From positions 1-55,881 of the forward strand of contig CALEZK010000602.1 in NCBI GenBank assembly GCA_937928585.1: a stretch of DNA of 55,881 nucleotides, in the 5' to 3' direction. Both the position numbers and the translations under genes were made by a program. Under the pieces are notes generated by a model. The model worked only from the letters and a program-made list of their open reading frames with translations, made no database searches and was not told the origin of the DNA. Of the stretch, positions 1 through 7,482 are shown in pieces; the first letter of the stretch is position 1; every line of letters begins with the position of its first letter. The stretch is from an uncultured bacterium. Its GTDB lineage: Bacteria > Hydrogenedentota > Hydrogenedentia > Hydrogenedentales > SLHB01.

Positions 1-1
1 G

Positions 2-439
2 CGCTATGTGCTGGGATCGCGGGTCGGCGATCACAATTACATGGTCGGCGGAATGGGCACGCAGAGCGACAAAACGCCGGAGGCGGTCGAGGCGTTTGTT
101 CAGATCTTCGACGCCATGCCGCTTTCGGAAGACCGATTCGCCATCTCGAAGTCTTCGCTCATCAACAGCTTCACGTCTTCCAGAATCGGGTTTCGCGGCG
201 TGATTGATTCGCTACGCGCCTGGGAACGGTTGAACCTGCCAGTTGACCCGCGGCGCGAACGCTACGAGCAATCGTTGAACGCCAGTAGCGAAATGTTATC
301 CGAGTTTTATTCCGCGCAAATTAAGGGCAGGCCAAAACTGATCACGATTGTCGGCGACAAGTCGAAGATGGATGTTGGCCGGATTGAAAAGTTGGGCACG
401 ATTCACGAGATTACCGAGGACCAGATCTTCATCCGGTAG
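2..439 (+). CDS. C-terminal fragment of an M16 (insulinase-like) peptidase-family protein; 5' end lies outside the window
   Basis: The frame is open from base 2 and ends at TAG 437-439. The C-terminal pattern (KLITIVGDKSKMDVGRIEKLG...) resembles the non-catalytic C-terminal half of M16 peptidases. Family call is from memory only. Confidence 0.4.
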   Translation, partial: RYVLGSRVGDHNYMVGGMGTQSDKTPEAVEAFVQIFDAMPLSEDRFAISKSSLINSFTSSRIGFRGVIDSLRAWERLNLPVDPRRERYEQSLNASSEMLSEFYSAQIKGRPKLITIVGDKSKMDVGRIEKLGTIHEITEDQIFIR

Positions 440-447
440 CAGGGCGC

Positions 448-846
448 TTATTTTTCGCTGTAGGTATTGAGCGTGCTCGCCTTCTTGACCGTGGGGGCTG
501 CCGGGGCTATTTCCAGGGTTTGCTTCGCGAAATCGAGGCTGAGCGTACCTAGACATTTTTGGCAAAGTCGCTTCGTCGAGCTGATCGCCGGCGCGCCGCA
601 TTTGCCACAGGTTGCCATGGAAGTTCCTTCTACTTCCACGCGTCCGGATCTTATCAATCGAAGTATGAATTCAAGCGGTACTGCCGTTTCTTCGCTGACT
701 TTTTCGGCAGTATGTTTCGTGTGCTGGGAGATATGCTCGCGTACCCGTTCGTAATATTCTTCTTCAAGTAGTTCGCACGCTGGACATACGTCCGCCCGAA
801 ATTTGTGAAACAGCTTCTTACATGTAGGGCAACTTTTCAGTGACAT
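448..846 (-). CDS. YvyF-like flagellar-operon zinc-ribbon protein (TIGR03826-like)
   Basis: I place the start at MSLKSCPTCKKLF (ATG 846) with GAGGAGG just upstream. It has an N-terminal CxxC...CxxC, a central SEETAVPLEFILRLIRSGRV segment, and a second CxxC...CxxC. This matches my memory of Bacillus YvyF. The listed ORF extends to 903, but that would overlap the upstream gene. Confidence 0.55.
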   Translation of the reverse strand: MSLKSCPTCKKLFHKFRADVCPACELLEEEYYERVREHISQHTKHTAEKVSEETAVPLEFILRLIRSGRVEVEGTSMATCGKCGAPAISSTKRLCQKCLGTLSLDFAKQTLEIAPAAPTVKKASTLNTYSEK

Positions 847-856
847 TCGGTCCTCC

Positions 857-1546
857 TCACGCTTCCGGCCATTCGAACGTAATCGAATCGTCCTTAATCT
901 CAAGATTTCCGCGGACCCCTGCCTTCAGCACGACACCGTCTTCTCGACCAATGTTCACGCCAGCCGTCCACGCGTAGACCGGCTTCATTTCGGGGCCGTT
1001 GGTGGAAGTCGGCGCCAAGGGCGCAGTCTCCCGTCGCGGATAGGTCACGCGGATCCAAACCCGCTCGCTTACCGCCGCGCCGAGATCGGTGCGGCCCTTG
1101 TCTTTCGCGACAACCTCCAACTGCGATCCAGGCACGAATACAAACTGATCTTCGATTCCTTCCGAGCGCAGAACGTTGTCCTCAAAAGGTCTTGTCAGAA
1201 TTTTCTTGCAAAGATCGCGCCGCGCTTCCTGCAGCACGGTGGGGTCGGAAGATTCAATGGCAACACGGCGCAACCGATCGGACATCCAAGCCGTGAGCCG
1301 AATGATCTCGTCGCAGTTGCCGTCCTGATAGGCCTTCGCGAATTGCAGCGCGGCTCCGCCATCCAAGACAGGCGTTTCGACGAGTACGGTTGTGGCCGTC
1401 TCGGCAAGTTCAGCTTGCTCGGCATGGACGGTAGCGGCATCGTCGGGCTTCGAAGAAAGGGTGTACGCCGCGCACGCGACCACGATCATGACCGCAGCAA
1501 CTGCGAGCACGCTGTACTGCATGGCATGTGTCTTGACACTACTCAC
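857..1546 (-). CDS. hypothetical protein with an N-terminal transmembrane/signal anchor
   Basis: 229-aa ORF. It has an N-terminal hydrophobic stretch (YSVLAVAAVMIVVACAAY) and coding-like composition. I recognise no family. Confidence 0.5.
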   Translation of the reverse strand: MSSVKTHAMQYSVLAVAAVMIVVACAAYTLSSKPDDAATVHAEQAELAETATTVLVETPVLDGGAALQFAKAYQDGNCDEIIRLTAWMSDRLRRVAIESSDPTVLQEARRDLCKKILTRPFEDNVLRSEGIEDQFVFVPGSQLEVVAKDKGRTDLGAAVSERVWIRVTYPRRETAPLAPTSTNGPEMKPVYAWTAGVNIGREDGVVLKAGVRGNLEIKDDSITFEWPEA

Positions 1547-1553
1547 GGTAGTA

Positions 1554-1582
1554 ATCTTAGGGTTTTACGGGCTTACTGTCAA
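1554..1582 (-). promoter_or_regulatory. sigma-70-like promoter (TTGACA-N17-TAAGAT) upstream of the 857-1546 gene
   Basis: On the minus strand, TTGACA (1582-1577) is followed by a 17-nt spacer and TAAGAT (1559-1554). It lies in an AT-rich 74-nt gap between two same-strand genes. Confidence 0.35.
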
Positions 1583-1620
1583 TATTTAATTCCTGTATTT
1601 ATAGAAAAACGATTAAATCG

Positions 1621-2457
1621 CTACTCCGCGTGCGCGAGCCGCTTCCAGAATCGGCGAAACTGGTTCTGTACAAGGTGGACCAGGAACGGCCGGGGATCAT
1701 GCGGGGCGACTTCCAGCATGACGAAGGTCACGTCGTCGTGGGTGAGGGTCTCGGACTGGGCGAATGCCCGAAGGTCGGCGAGCAGGCGGTCTGCCGCAGC
1801 GCGGATTGGCTCGGCCACGGTTTCGTTCAACGATGCGATGAGGCGTTCTTCACCAAAGAGTTCGCGGGTCGGCGACATGGTCTCGGTGACGCCATCCGAG
1901 TAGAGGAATAGGCGCGCGCCTTCGCCGAGCGGGTTCGACGCGAACGCGTATCGCGTTTTTGGCGACACGCCGAACGGCAGGTTGGACAGACTCGCCGCGG
2001 GCACCGGCTGCACGACGAGCGGCCGCCAGACAGGGTCGCTCTTGCGATGGATGAGCGCGGGCGGGTGGCCGGCGTTGCAGTACCGAAGTTCGGAGCGCAG
2101 TGCGTGGTAGTTGATGCACACCGCCGTGGTGAGCGCTTCGAAGCCGAAGGAATCGGCTTTACTGTTCATCGCGGCGAACACGCGGGACGGGTCGCGCCGT
2201 TCCATGTTGCCGCGCATGACATCGTGCAGCCAGCCGCTGATCTGCGCGACCTGTTCGCCGTGGCCGGCGACATCGGCGAGACAGAGCCGGCCAATCAATC
2301 CGGATGAGCATGCGGTCGCGTAATAGACGTCGCCGCCTTTTTCTCCGCCGCAGGCGTTGGAATAGATGACCCCCTTCAAACCGGGGATGACGAGATCGGC
2401 ATTGATGTTGCCATTGCCGCCCCACACTTCGGTGCAGATGAGTTCGTGTATCGCCAT
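1621..2457 (-). CDS. PP2C-family (SpoIIE/RsbU-like) serine phosphatase
   Basis: Motifs GGDVYY, ADVAGHG, CNAGHPP and LYSDGVTE are typical of SpoIIE-type PP2C phosphatase domains. Confidence 0.8.
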   Translation of the reverse strand: MAIHELICTEVWGGNGNINADLVIPGLKGVIYSNACGGEKGGDVYYATACSSGLIGRLCLADVAGHGEQVAQISGWLHDVMRGNMERRDPSRVFAAMNSKADSFGFEALTTAVCINYHALRSELRYCNAGHPPALIHRKSDPVWRPLVVQPVPAASLSNLPFGVSPKTRYAFASNPLGEGARLFLYSDGVTETMSPTRELFGEERLIASLNETVAEPIRAAADRLLADLRAFAQSETLTHDDVTFVMLEVAPHDPRPFLVHLVQNQFRRFWKRLAHAE

Positions 2458-2575
2458 AACGCTTTGATTCTACACCCAAAAGCCGGGGATTTGCGGTGGT
2501 GCTTCAGTTGAATGCGTGGTCGCTACCGGCAGACAATCTACCACCTTCAAGTCCGCATACCGGGGATCCACTGTA

Positions 2576-4681
2576 ATGATGCGATTTTTTGTGCTGCTCC
2601 TGATCACGTCGTTGTTCGCGTTGGCTGATTCCGGTTCGTCGTGGCGGTGGTACCTCGGCGACCTTGAACGGACGCATTACTCCCCCCTCGATCAAATTAA
2701 CAAAACCAATGTGGCGCAGCTCGAACAGGTCTGGGTGTATCGCAGTGGCGGCGAGGCGCAGATTCAATGCAACCCGATCATCGTCAACGGCCTGCTGTAC
2801 GGTGTATCCGCGCAGCGGCATATCTTTGCGTTGAATGCCGCGACGGGAAAAGAGGTGTGGAAGTTCGACCCGGCGGATCAGCAAGCGGCTGCTTCGGTGT
2901 TGCGGGGCGTTCAGTATTGGGAATCGGGTCGCGACAAACGCATCATGGCCGCGTTGGGCCACTATGTGTATGCGCTGGACGCGCGCACGGGCAAGCGCAT
3001 CGTGGAGTTCGGCGACAACGGCGCGATTAATCTCAAGGATCACTACGATCGCGATGTGTCGAAGCTGTCGCTCGGCGCGACCACTCCCGGCGCAATCTAT
3101 AAGGACATCATGATCATGTCGGTGCGGGTGCAGGAATCGCATCCGGCGGTGCCGGGCGACATCATGGCGTTTAACGTGCGCACGGGCGAAAAAGTCTGGG
3201 TGTTCCACACGATCCCGCGTCCGGGTGAGTTTGGGCATGAAACGTGGCCCGCGGACGCGTGGAAAACCGCGGGCGGCGCGAACTGCTGGGGCGGCATGAG
3301 CGTCGACGAAAAACGCGGCGTGGTTTATATCCCGACGGGGTCCGCGGCATACGACTTCTACGGCGCGGATAGACACGGCGAAAATCTGTTCGCGAATTGC
3401 GTGCTGGCGTTGAAGGCGGAAACGGGCGAACGCATCTGGCACTATCAGATTGTGCGTCACGATTTGTGGGACCGCGATCTGCCAGCGCCGCCGAACCTGG
3501 TGACGGTTGTGCATGACGGCAAGAAACGGGACGCCGTCGCGCAGATCACCAAATCGGGCTACGTGTTCGTCCTGGATCGCGATACGGGTGAACCGTTGTT
3601 TCCGATGGAGGAAGTGCCTGCGCCTCCGTCTGATCTGCCCGGCGAAGTTGCGTGGCCGAGTCAACCGTTGCCGTTGAAGCCGCCACCGTTCGCGCGGCAG
3701 ACATTTCCGCTGGAGGAAGTGACCACGCGCACACCGGAGGCGCACGCGGAAGCACTCGAACGGCGCAAGCGCCTGCGGTGGGATGGGCCCTTCACGCCGC
3801 CGACGTTGGAAGGCACGCTCATCATGCCGAGCTTCGATGGCGGCGGCGAATGGGGCGGCGCGGCGGTGAATCCAAAAACGGGGATCATGTATGTGAACGC
3901 GAGCGAGATTCCGTGCATCGTGTCGATGTTCGACGCGTCGGACGGGGCATCCAAAGCGGATTCGCATGGCAAACGCATCTATTCGCAGAACTGCGTGTTC
4001 TGTCATGGCGTGGACATGAAGGGCGATCCGATTCGTGTGTTTCCGCCGCTGAAAGATTTGCAGAAGAAGTACACGATGGAACAGATGGCGCAACAGATCA
4101 AAAACGGCAAGGAGCGCATGCCCGCGTTCGGCTATTTGAGTCAGGCCGATATGGACGCCGTGTTGAAGTACATTTGCGGACTCGAAGACGCGGCAGCGAA
4201 ACGCGAGGGCACGGAACAACCAGCGCAAGCGCCATCCGCAACGGACGGCAAACCGTGGTTCAACCATAGCGGGTATACGCGCTTTGTTGACAAGGATGGG
4301 TATCCCGCGATTACACCACCCTGGGGGACCTTGACCGCGATCGATCTGAACAAGGGCGAACACGTCTGGCAGGTGCCGCTGGGCTTCAACCCCGAACTGG
4401 CCGACGCGGGATTAACAAACACCGGCACCGAGAACTACGGCGGACCCGTCGTCACTGCCAGCGGATTGATCTTCATCGCCGCAAGCAAAGACGCGCACCT
4501 GCGCGCCATCGACGAACGTACGGGGAAAACGTTGTGGCAAGGAAAACTGCCGTTCGCAGGATACGCAACACCCAGCACGTACATGATCAAGGGCCGGCAA
4601 TACGTCGTAATCGCCGCAGCCGGCGGCAAACTCGGAACCCCGTCCGGCGATGCCTACGTTGCGTTCGCGCTGCCGCGGTAA
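2576..4681 (+). CDS. PQQ-dependent (glucose/quinate-type) dehydrogenase beta-propeller with an inserted c-type cytochrome domain
   Basis: The signal-like N-terminus MMRFFVLLLITSLFALADS makes 2576 a likelier start than the listed 2516. Propeller motifs recur (W.Y..D...THYSPL, ALNAATGKEVW, ALDARTGK, AIDERTGKTLW). A CVFCH haem motif sits at 3992-4006 and a downstream MPAF supplies the Met ligand. Confidence 0.8.
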   Translation: MMRFFVLLLITSLFALADSGSSWRWYLGDLERTHYSPLDQINKTNVAQLEQVWVYRSGGEAQIQCNPIIVNGLLYGVSAQRHIFALNAATGKEVWKFDPADQQAAASVLRGVQYWESGRDKRIMAALGHYVYALDARTGKRIVEFGDNGAINLKDHYDRDVSKLSLGATTPGAIYKDIMIMSVRVQESHPAVPGDIMAFNVRTGEKVWVFHTIPRPGEFGHETWPADAWKTAGGANCWGGMSVDEKRGVVYIPTGSAAYDFYGADRHGENLFANCVLALKAETGERIWHYQIVRHDLWDRDLPAPPNLVTVVHDGKKRDAVAQITKSGYVFVLDRDTGEPLFPMEEVPAPPSDLPGEVAWPSQPLPLKPPPFARQTFPLEEVTTRTPEAHAEALERRKRLRWDGPFTPPTLEGTLIMPSFDGGGEWGGAAVNPKTGIMYVNASEIPCIVSMFDASDGASKADSHGKRIYSQNCVFCHGVDMKGDPIRVFPPLKDLQKKYTMEQMAQQIKNGKERMPAFGYLSQADMDAVLKYICGLEDAAAKREGTEQPAQAPSATDGKPWFNHSGYTRFVDKDGYPAITPPWGTLTAIDLNKGEHVWQVPLGFNPELADAGLTNTGTENYGGPVVTASGLIFIAASKDAHLRAIDERTGKTLWQGKLPFAGYATPSTYMIKGRQYVVIAAAGGKLGTPSGDAYVAFALPR

Positions 4682-4777
4682 GGATGCGCGGCACTCCCTT
4701 GTGGTGCAGGCGTCCTCGCCTGCCGATAAAAGTGATCGTATGCAGCCGAGACGGCCGCACCACAATCTCTCAATTAG

Positions 4778-4793
4778 TTTTTGTTAGAGCCTC
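4778..4793. repeat. solitary sequence resembling the terminal inverted repeat of the IS at 7483-8389
   Basis: TTTTTGTTAGAGCCTC matches the IS right end CTTTTGTTAGAGGCTC at 14 of 16 positions, in the same orientation. I found no partner repeat within about 1 kb. Confidence 0.3.
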
Positions 4794-4860
4794 GAAGTTC
4801 GCAACGAAGATCAATCCACGCTTAGTTTGGTTTCAGGCTTTCGCATGGGAACGCGAAACA

Positions 4861-5190
4861 CTACACATTAACAACCCGTAGCCGGGCCTGTTTGCGGGAA
4901 CGGGGTTTCGGGTGGACGACGATCTCGATGTCCTGCCCGAGACGGTTGAGCATGCGGAGCAATCGGTCGGTGGAGAAGCCCGAGAGTTTTCCGTTGTGAA
5001 GCGCGGATATCTTCGCCTGATCGATGCCCAGCGTCACGCCCGCCTCAGCCTGCTTGAGACCGCGCCGGGCAATAATCGTGTTGATGCGCGCGGCAAGTTC
5101 GGCCTTGACCATCGCGACCTCTGGATTCGGCAACCCGATGTCGTCGAAGACATTGCCAGCGCTTTTTGTAAGGGCTATTTTCTTGGTCAT
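4861..5190 (-). CDS. HigA-2/HTH_37-type XRE-family antitoxin
   Basis: N-terminal SAGNVFDDIGLPNPE is followed by the HTH LKQAEAGVTLGIDQAKISALHNGK and SGFSTDRLLRMLNRLGQDIEIVV. This is the characteristic layout of this antitoxin family. Confidence 0.7.
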   Translation of the reverse strand: MTKKIALTKSAGNVFDDIGLPNPEVAMVKAELAARINTIIARRGLKQAEAGVTLGIDQAKISALHNGKLSGFSTDRLLRMLNRLGQDIEIVVHPKPRSRKQARLRVVNV

Positions 5191-5203
5191 TAGCGTACAG
5201 GCC

Positions 5204-5350
5204 TCATTCGTTGTCTACTAATGTGTACATCGACAAATCCTCCATCGCGCGGGCGCTTCGGAACGAGTACAATTGTAGGCATATTACACGAGGATCGGTA
5301 ATCCACGTGTTGCCAGCGATTAACCTGAGTTTGTTATTTCCGCGCCTACG
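5204..5350 (-). pseudogene. probable C-terminal stub of the cognate RelE/HigB-superfamily toxin
   Basis: It ends 13 nt upstream of the antitoxin ATG on the same strand. The segment RRGNNKLRLIAGNTWITDPRVICLQLYSFRSARAMEDLS weakly resembles the C-terminal beta-strands of RelE/HigB-2/Gp49-type toxins. The expected N-terminal half is absent. Position is stronger evidence than sequence. Confidence 0.35.
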
Positions 5351-5375
5351 ATTTGCACGCCCGAGGAGATGATGT

Positions 5376-5552
5376 ATGAAGACGAAACAATGGACTGATC
5401 CGATCGTGGATGAGATACACGACATCCGCAAGAAAATGGCGGAAGAATCTGACTACGATCTCGACAAGTTCGTCGCACGTCTCCAAGAATCGCAGAAACT
5501 TCGGGGAGACCGCGTGGTCACGCGCCCTCCTCGCAAATTGAAGAAGCCGTAG
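5376..5552 (+). CDS. small conserved-looking hypothetical protein (58 aa), below the ORF-track cutoff
   Basis: ATG 5376 follows GAGGAG at 5363-5368. Translation is MKTKQWTDPIVDEIHDIRKKMAEESDYDLDKFVARLQESQKLRGDRVVTRPPRKLKKP, ending at TAG 5550-5552. It resembles a class of short DPIV...YDLD...PPR proteins I recall from cyanobacterial and planctomycete genomes. Confidence 0.45.
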   Translation: MKTKQWTDPIVDEIHDIRKKMAEESDYDLDKFVARLQESQKLRGDRVVTRPPRKLKKP

Positions 5553-5619
5553 GCGTTGGTGTCGAGCGCGATTTCTTTTACCACTGTTTCTCATATGCCA
5601 GTTCAAGGGCAAGGGATTA

Positions 5620-5770
5620 AAGGTCAATAGCAGGGGTGTCGACAACCCAGGCATGCGCGAGGCGGATGGTAAGCGCGTTGGTGATGATGTCGAAGTATCG
5701 CTACGACTGGGTTACAGGAAATCATCGATAAAGGTGCACTGGAGACCGGCGAGTCCAACTGGCTCCATGA
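5620..5770 (-). pseudogene. degraded fragment of a RAYT/IS200-like (Y1 HUH) transposase gene
   Basis: The minus-strand translation reads ...HLYR*FPVTQS*RYFDIITNALTIRLAHAWVV. This is colinear with DWIPVFQSRPYFDIITRSL...MRLYAYVIM of the RAYT at 10159-10806. There is 18-nt identity (5680-5697 = 10696-10713). Several stops are present and the HUH motif is lost. Confidence 0.5.
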
Positions 5771-5832
5771 TTTAGTTTGCAGTCCTGTTCCTTTTTGTCT
5801 ATCCTAAATCTGATACACTACTAATCTACTGA

Positions 5833-6795
5833 GTGCCGCTAATGGCTCTGATCTACGACGCGACTAAAGGTGATTTTGGCCTCGAGTTTTCCTTCCATAA
5901 AGGAACCGATAGGCCCGCGGATGTATTTCAATCCATTGCAAAACTGATCCGCGCACTGGAAGAGAACGACCGCGACATCGCTCATGCAGTCGACTACGAC
6001 CTTGATCCAAGACTTGTCCTCCAGACGCTCGAGACAGGTTCACTAAAAGTTTGGTTTGCGACAGCGCTACGTGCGATCCCCGACGAAGGCCTAAAAAACC
6101 TCGACTGGAAGAAGGCGATTGGAGCGCTATTGGTTAAGGTCAAATACAAGACTATTGAATGGCTGGAAGGAAAACCCACGATACGAGATGTATCTGAGAT
6201 TGAGGAACTGCGAAACGAGATATTGCGGCTTAAGCACGAAGTGGAACGCTTGCGGCAAATGCCGATAGAAACCTCCTTGCAGCTATCTGTCGTTGTTAAC
6301 ATCGTGCAGCGGATTTCTATCTCGTTAGCGTCAATACCTGACGATCAGAACGTCACATTTGCATCGCCTGAAGGCACACTGCGCGTAAATACCGCGTTTT
6401 CAGTTAGCGATGAACAGTTAAGAGAAATACTGGTACGCACACACCGAGTTCACCGAGTGCATGTGCCTCTTGTTGTCAAGCGTCCAGACTATCTTGGTGT
6501 ATCTATGTGGGACGTCATTGAGAGCGGTCATTCAGTTAAAGCAAAGATTATCGATCAAGATTGGCTGGAACGATTTCACAATCGAGAGGTATCGCTTCTA
6601 CCTGGAGACGCGCTCATGGCCGGATTGCGCATCGACGCCTATTTTGACGAAGAGGGAAATGTATTTGAAACCAAATACACTGTCGAGAAAATTGAAGAGG
6701 TGGTAAAGTTTAACTCTGTACAACTTGAAATGTTGGCCAACGATGAGGGCGAGTCCAATTCATCCGCATGCAACTCGGACGAAGTAACGACGTGA
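5833..6795 (+). CDS. hypothetical protein (orphan, low-GC island)
   Basis: 320-aa ORF. The listed start is GTG 5833; an ATG at 5842 is an alternative. It has a helical, coiled-coil-like middle (EIEELRNEILRLKHEVERLRQ) and a beta-rich C-terminal part. I recognise no family. Confidence 0.5.
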   Translation: MPLMALIYDATKGDFGLEFSFHKGTDRPADVFQSIAKLIRALEENDRDIAHAVDYDLDPRLVLQTLETGSLKVWFATALRAIPDEGLKNLDWKKAIGALLVKVKYKTIEWLEGKPTIRDVSEIEELRNEILRLKHEVERLRQMPIETSLQLSVVVNIVQRISISLASIPDDQNVTFASPEGTLRVNTAFSVSDEQLREILVRTHRVHRVHVPLVVKRPDYLGVSMWDVIESGHSVKAKIIDQDWLERFHNREVSLLPGDALMAGLRIDAYFDEEGNVFETKYTVEKIEEVVKFNSVQLEMLANDEGESNSSACNSDEVTT

Positions 6796-7137
6796 TGGTG
6801 TATCGAGTGCGCGTTAGTATTTGCTTCAAGCTATTGCTTGAGAACGAGAAAAATACATTGATGCCAAGGTGCTAGGTCGTTGGCATGCAGTTTGCTGCAT
6901 CTGCCGAATCAAGATTTTCAACAGGTCTATAGCGGAAATTGTCTCGTGCGCGCAAAAGCGACGCGAACTTGACTTGCGGCATCTTTAAGTGCGCATGTAT
7001 TGTAACGCATAGATTGAAAGTCCTTTGTCGAGGCAACATGCAAGATGAAATTTTTCCGTATAAGCTTTAAATCGTACTTGGAAACGGCCAACCAAGCAAA
7101 GTAGCACCAAATGATTGCGTGCATATTGAGGTGTTAG

Positions 7138-7392
7138 ATGAGTATGCCAGTTACTGGCTCAACAATACGTGCTTATTGCGATTGCGCGAATAAGAAACGG
7201 GATGAATCATCTCCTGTGATTGCGGGCGCTATTGAAACGACCTGGATATGCAAGTCAGAATATAAAGATACCGTTAAATCGGGAGTTTTTTCGTCGATAG
7301 GCCGTTATCGATATTATTGGGAATGCTTGAATTGTGGCAAGAAACGCTTAATCGGAATCTGGGACAATGAGGGCAACTGTTGGGGCACATGA
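7138..7392 (+). CDS. small Cys-rich hypothetical protein
   Basis: 84-aa ORF with GAGGTG 5 nt upstream of the ATG. It contains C.C near the N-terminus and CLNC later, so it may be a zinc ribbon. The palindrome GCTCGGCCGAGC lies just downstream. Confidence 0.45.
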   Translation: MSMPVTGSTIRAYCDCANKKRDESSPVIAGAIETTWICKSEYKDTVKSGVFSSIGRYRYYWECLNCGKKRLIGIWDNEGNCWGT

Positions 7393-7482
7393 CCAAGATC
7401 TTATTTATCAACAAGTAAACTTCGGTGCTCGGCCGAGCCTGCAATGCGCGGGTCGAGGGGCAGCCGTGGGCAACGAGTCTTA

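Noticed and set aside
2504-4363. 619-aa ORF antisense to the PQQ dehydrogenase
   Set aside because: The product is Arg/His/Ala-rich and low in complexity, typical of the antisense frame of a GC-rich gene. The plus-strand gene has clear family motifs.
5346-5654. 102-aa minus-strand ORF
   Set aside because: It is antisense to the SD-preceded 58-aa ORF. At its 5' end it runs out of frame through the RAYT relic, so it is most likely spurious.
6796-7137. Low-GC spacer of 342 nt with a 65-aa minus-strand ORF (6927-7124) and a 6-bp-stem hairpin
   Set aside because: It has no SD and no recognisable motif. I found no promoter hexamers with proper spacing.
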